Source: Amphiscolops sp. MND2022
Lineage: Eukaryota
Direction of reading: 5' to 3'
Length of the DNA stretch: 64,000 nt
Assembly (NCBI GenBank): GCA_964187785.1
Contig: OZ076412.1
Location: forward strand, 21,266,001-21,330,000
This document shows, piece by piece, positions 61,695 through 64,000 of this stretch. A program made the position numbers and the translations under genes. The notes under the pieces were generated by a model that saw nothing but the letters and a program-made list of their open reading frames with translations, was not told the origin of the DNA and ran no database searches. Each line of letters starts with the position of its first letter. Position 1 is the stretch's first letter.

Positions 61695-63300
61695 AACTCT
61701 GTCTAAAACGTATGTGAAAACACGTTTTTGGGCCAGAAAATCTGAATTACAGAGAAATTAGAAAAACGGTATAGATCAACGGAAAGATACAGTAAAGCAG
61801 TCCATATGATTGTGTTTCCTTGAATGATTTCCTTGCTTTTCTTGGTCAATTTTCGATGTTCAGGGCTGTCTAAAACGTTTGTGAAAAATTTGGAAAACAA
61901 CAATTTTCACGAAAACAAAAACAATAATGTACGAAACTAATTCAATAGGTTCGAGTTGGCCCTCCTCTATTCGCCACTACTAGAATGAGACGTTTAGGAA
62001 AGCTCCTGACTAATTTCTGAATCAGCTCTATCTCCAGATCTTCCCACACTTTTTCATCGCATTTTTCAAGTCTTCTATTGTTCGGTATTCTTTTCCTCCT
62101 TCATAAATACGCCTTACTATGATCGCCCAAAGATGTTCAATGGGGTTAAAGTCTGGAGAGTGAGGTGCCCGTTCCAGACGTCGATATTTTTGTCTTCCAG
62201 AAACTTTAGTGTTGATTGTGAGGCATGAGGTGTTGTATTATCTTGCATTAAAATGATCCCTTGTTGATGGAACGGTAAATAATTCTCATTGAGTATTCTC
62301 TGATAAAACTGCGAGTCGACATTCTTTTCACAAAAATGTATTGTTGTTGTTCCTCGTGATCCAATGTTTGCCCAAACCATAACTCCCGGGCTAAAAACTT
62401 TTTTCCAAACCACCTTTTCTCTTCTCCTTCCAATTGCCAGTACTTTCGACATCCATCAGGTCCATCCAGTAAAAAACGTTTTTTGTCGGTGAATGTGATG
62501 TTTTCGATATTATTTTGTCAAGCTGTGATTTGTTCGAGAACATTTTTTGACCGTTCCGCTCTTCTCCTTTGATTTGCATCTGTTAGTGATGGTTGTTTCT
62601 TTGTGCAATTGTATTTATAGCCTTCAGTTTTCAGAAAATTCCTCCTTGTGTCTTTTTCTGCAGGTACCTGTAGCTGTGTGACTATTTTTCGTAGGGAAAC
62701 ATGGCTTTCTCCACTCATGTGTTGTACTAAATGTCTTTTCATTGGTTCTGATAATTTTTTGGCGGGTCCACCTCCGTGTCTGTAATCACCATCTCTCTTT
62801 AAAATATTGTTAACGCAGTTATATGTCCTTTTCAACTATTTCGATATTTCGGTCACGGGTCTTTCCTGAATCTCTCATCCCAATTATTCGCCCTTTTTCG
62901 ATGTCAGTTAGTAAGGTTCCTCTCTCCGGCATTCTTGATAATCTTGATTAATCTTGATAGTCTTGATTAATCATGAATAAAATACTCGTGATTTTTTGAT
63001 GATCCCGAAGATTTTGATTGAATAAAGTTCTCTGAAAATGAAAATTTGGTTGGATTTGAGGTAGTTGAGTCGGAATTCACGTTGAACGTTTTTTCACATA
63101 CGTGTTACACAATATTTTCATGACCGGAACTTGAAAACTCTGCAACCGGAAGTCACATCAAAGTTTCTTTGGTGAAAACAATTAGAACATATAGCTCGTC
63201 TAACATCGTTTAAATTCTACTTAGATCATTTTTTCTGGTTTTCAATCTAAGTGACAATAAAAGATTTTTTCGATTTTTCACATACGTTTTAGACAGAGTT
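61695..63300 (-). mobile_element. Full-length Tc1-family (DD34E) transposon, 1606 bp, IR/DR-like ends
   Basis: 26 bp perfect TIR aactctgtctaaaacgtatgtgaaaa; TA TSDs at 61693-94 and 63301-02; inner repeats near 61866 and 63091. Confidence 0.95.
61942..62932 (-). pseudogene. Tc1/Tc3-like transposase, frameshifted
   Basis: MPERGTLLTDIEKGRIIGM; GVMVWANIG; MQDNTTPH...SPDFNPIEHLW with 34 residues between D and E after a 1 nt correction; 991 nt from start to stop, not a multiple of 3. Confidence 0.92.
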
Positions 63301-63344
63301 TACTTGATAAAACGTGAGACACTAAAGAACCACTGACAGGTTGA

Positions 63345-64000
63345 CTTTATATTACAATACCCTTTACGAACGAGCTTTCAACCAAGACGAACAGGAGACC
63401 CTATTCAAAGATACAGTAGCCAGCATCCGGAACAATCATCTTCATGGTGAATGCCAAAAACAACATCACAGTTATGAAGAAACAAGTAGAGAGGAAACAC
63501 AGAAAAAGACCCCATGCAATACGAGTCCTTCCTCCGCAGTTAGAAAAACAAATTCTGGATTTATAGCTAAAATGATTAGATGTTTGAGGAACACATATTA
63601 TTGCATAGGGACCAAGAGTAATGCCCCAAAATGCTCACCCGAAAAAAGTGACGGTACGTTTCAGAAGTCTGCCACTAGTTGTAGAAGAAGAAGTAATCTA
63701 CGAAATACTACAGCTTCCAAAAACGAAAGAATTGACAACAATCATGAAGGAGAAAATACTACTTTAAGATGGTAGCTTCATATTTTCGGGGAAAGCCGAC
63801 GGCAAGCTTTTTCTGGGGATCTCAGTGAATTCATGTCTGAGTCCTTAACAAATCAAAATAAGGCAGCCACGTGTACCTTTTGAAAACGATTACTTTTCTC
63901 CAGCGTAGATATAGTAACGTTCGAAACCGAGATTAAAGTGTTTCATCAAAGTCTCTGTGAGCCCTATGACTTTGAAGTTTCTGATTATGTTTATGTTCAG
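63345..64000 (+). mobile_element. Possible LINE (L1/Tx1-like) fragments
   Basis: YYNTLYERAFNQDEQETLF and VTVRFRSLPLVVEEEVIYEIL resemble the ORF2 linker and ORF1 of L1/Tx1; weak. Confidence 0.3.

Noticed and set aside
1-64000. Species assignment (the repeats recall acoel flatworm assemblies)
   Set aside because: An impression only; it needs a database search.

Overview
AT-rich, repeat-saturated eukaryotic (animal-like, invertebrate) genomic DNA. I can support no intact host gene, rRNA, CRISPR array or prokaryotic signal, and nearly all short ORFs in the track are by-products of repeats. Main contents: (1) A ~19.4 kb tandem array (11751-31135) of a ~1218 bp unit, with 15 full copies plus one partial, mosaic higher-order structure, and signs that it arose inside a decayed repeat-protein gene. 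(2) Three large near-perfect palindromes at 7817-8293. (3) Many non-autonomous DNA transposons, most with resolvable TIRs and TSDs: hAT-type, Tc1/mariner-type, CMC/EnSpm-type, MULE/foldback-type and Helentron/HINE-like. (4) Two decayed Gypsy LTR-retrotransposon remnants joined head-to-head, with a 977 bp tandem duplication across the joint. (5) A decayed L1/Tx1-like LINE interrupted by a full-length but frameshifted DD34E Tc1-family transposon. The most unusual observation is one ~190 bp core, rich in GCGAAGC mini-hairpin motifs, found inside four unrelated TIR shells that all measure about 420-450 bp. All alignments and coordinates were done by eye; no database search was run, so family names are motif-based inferences.
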